From Stegostoma tigrinum (taxonomy: Eukaryota): 64,000 nt of DNA. The notes below the pieces were generated by a model. The model was not told the DNA's origin. It searched no databases and worked only from the letters and a program-made list of their open reading frames with translations. The DNA is taken from NCBI RefSeq assembly GCF_030684315.1, contig NC_081396.1:5208001-5272000 (forward strand). The letters are read 5' to 3'. Positions 62,903 through 64,000 of this stretch are shown here, one piece after another (within the stretch, counting starts at the first letter, position 1; every line of letters begins with the position of its first letter). The translations under genes and the position numbers were made by a program.

Positions 62903-63292
62903 AAAGTGTGAAGCTGGATGAAAACAGCAGGCCAAGCAGCATCTCAGGAGCACAAAAGTTGACATTTCCGGCCCAGACCCTTCATCAGAGAGGGGGACGG
63001 GGAGTGGGCTCTGAAATAAATAGGGAGAGAGGGGGAGGTGGACCGAAGATGGAGAGGAAAGAAGAAAGGTGGAGAGGAGAGTATAGGTGCGGAGCTAGGG
63101 AGGGGATAGGTTAGCTCAGGGTGGACGGACAGGTCAAGGAGGCAGAATGAGTTTAGTAGGTAGGAAATGGAGGAGCGACTTGCTGTGGGAGGAGGGAACA
63201 GGTGAGAGGAAGAAGAGGTTATGGAGGCGGGGACAATCTGGGCTGGTTTTGGGATGCAGTCGGGGAAGGGGAGATTTTGAAGCTTGTGAAGT
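62903..63292 (-). mobile_element. Penelope-like 3' fragment with a 6-bp TSD (CAGAAC) and a hammerhead core
   Basis: CAGAAC at 62897-62902 and 63293-63298 flanks the insert. Minus-strand CTGATGA-AGGGTCTGGGCCG-GAAATGTC at 62961-62988. Confidence 0.8.
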
Positions 63293-63689
63293 CAGAACTG
63301 GCTCAGTCATGAGAGACTGTAGTGATGGAAGGATGTTTGTTAGAACAAATGACTACTACTGGTGTTCCAGACGGATCAGTGCTGGAAGTTTTGTTGTTCG
63401 TGGTCTGCAGACATGATTTGGAGTAAAACGTGGCTAGGATTGGTCGACTTGCTGATATTGAGAAGCATTGTCAGATGGACAACAGGATGTAGATCAGTTG
63501 GAGGCATTGGCTGAAAAATTTCAGATGATGTTTAATCAGGGCATATGTGACGTGGTACACTTTTCAAGTGCAAGTACAGGCAGAAAATATTCAATGAATG
63601 GTAGGACCATGAGGAACATTGATATGCAGGGGGATTTGGGTGTGCTTGTCCACAGATGAGCGAAGGTGGCAGTGTGGGTAGATATGGTA

Positions 63690-63877
63690 GGTAAGCAGGT
63701 TGGGTGGATTGGCAATGCTAAATTTCCCTTAGTCTTCAGGGATATGTCGCCTCCGTGCATTAGCCACGGGAAATACAAGTGTAGGATAGGTGGATAGCTC
63801 TGTGTGAGATGCTGTTTGGAGGGTCAGTGTCGTGTTGGTGGGCTCAATGGCCTGTATCCACACTGTGGGGATTCTAC
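63690..63877 (+). mobile_element. 5'-truncated HE1-like SINE
   Basis: GGTGGATTGGCAATGCTAAATTTCCC...GGCCTGTATCCACACTGTGGGGATTCTA. Confidence 0.7.
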
Positions 63878-64000
63878 AACATGAAAAAAATCCAGACTGA
63901 GTGCGGTTGTTTTCACTGGAACACAGCAGGACAAGGGGCGACCTGGTAACAACTTATATGATTGCGAATGAAAGAGATCAAGGAGAAGATATGAGGCTCT

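Larger units (their letters stand above)
62340..64000 (+). mobile_element. Degraded CR1 RT region, interrupted by a Penelope-like fragment and a SINE
   Basis: DKSADPDGIY, RSCFTN, AFDRLIHDRLLQKVKSH, QQDVDQLEALAEKFQMMFN. Confidence 0.85.

Overview
Eukaryotic, repeat-rich vertebrate DNA. The repeat repertoire (CR1/HER1-type LINEs, HE1-like V-SINEs, Penelope-like and Rex1 fragments) points to a cartilaginous fish, probably a shark; this is an inference. There are three N-gaps. Main content: (1) A young, apparently intact, full-length CR1 LINE on the minus strand (7632-13482), inserted into an older CR1. It has an SGNH-esterase ORF1 and an EN/RT ORF2 with no initiator AUG. The two ORFs are joined by an in-frame U_UUA_AAC -1 slippery site. 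Its 5' UTR is an array of ~7.9 x 220-bp monomers, each carrying a TATA box, a TCT/TOP-like start, ETS/CRE motifs and a 67-nt GT-AG mini-intron. The element's 5' end lies ~30 nt downstream of where the next monomer's TATA box would be. (2) Two-exon, short-N-terminus class A GPCR genes of the GPR139-like type: one intact, two pseudogenes. (3) T-cell-receptor alpha/delta-like V segments interleaved with the GPCRs: two clear leader-intron-V-RSS pseudogenes plus several more decayed relics. One V may lie inside a GPCR intron. (4) A 129-bp near-perfect inverted repeat in the intron of the intact GPCR. All calls were made by eye from the sequence and the ORF track; no database searches were run.
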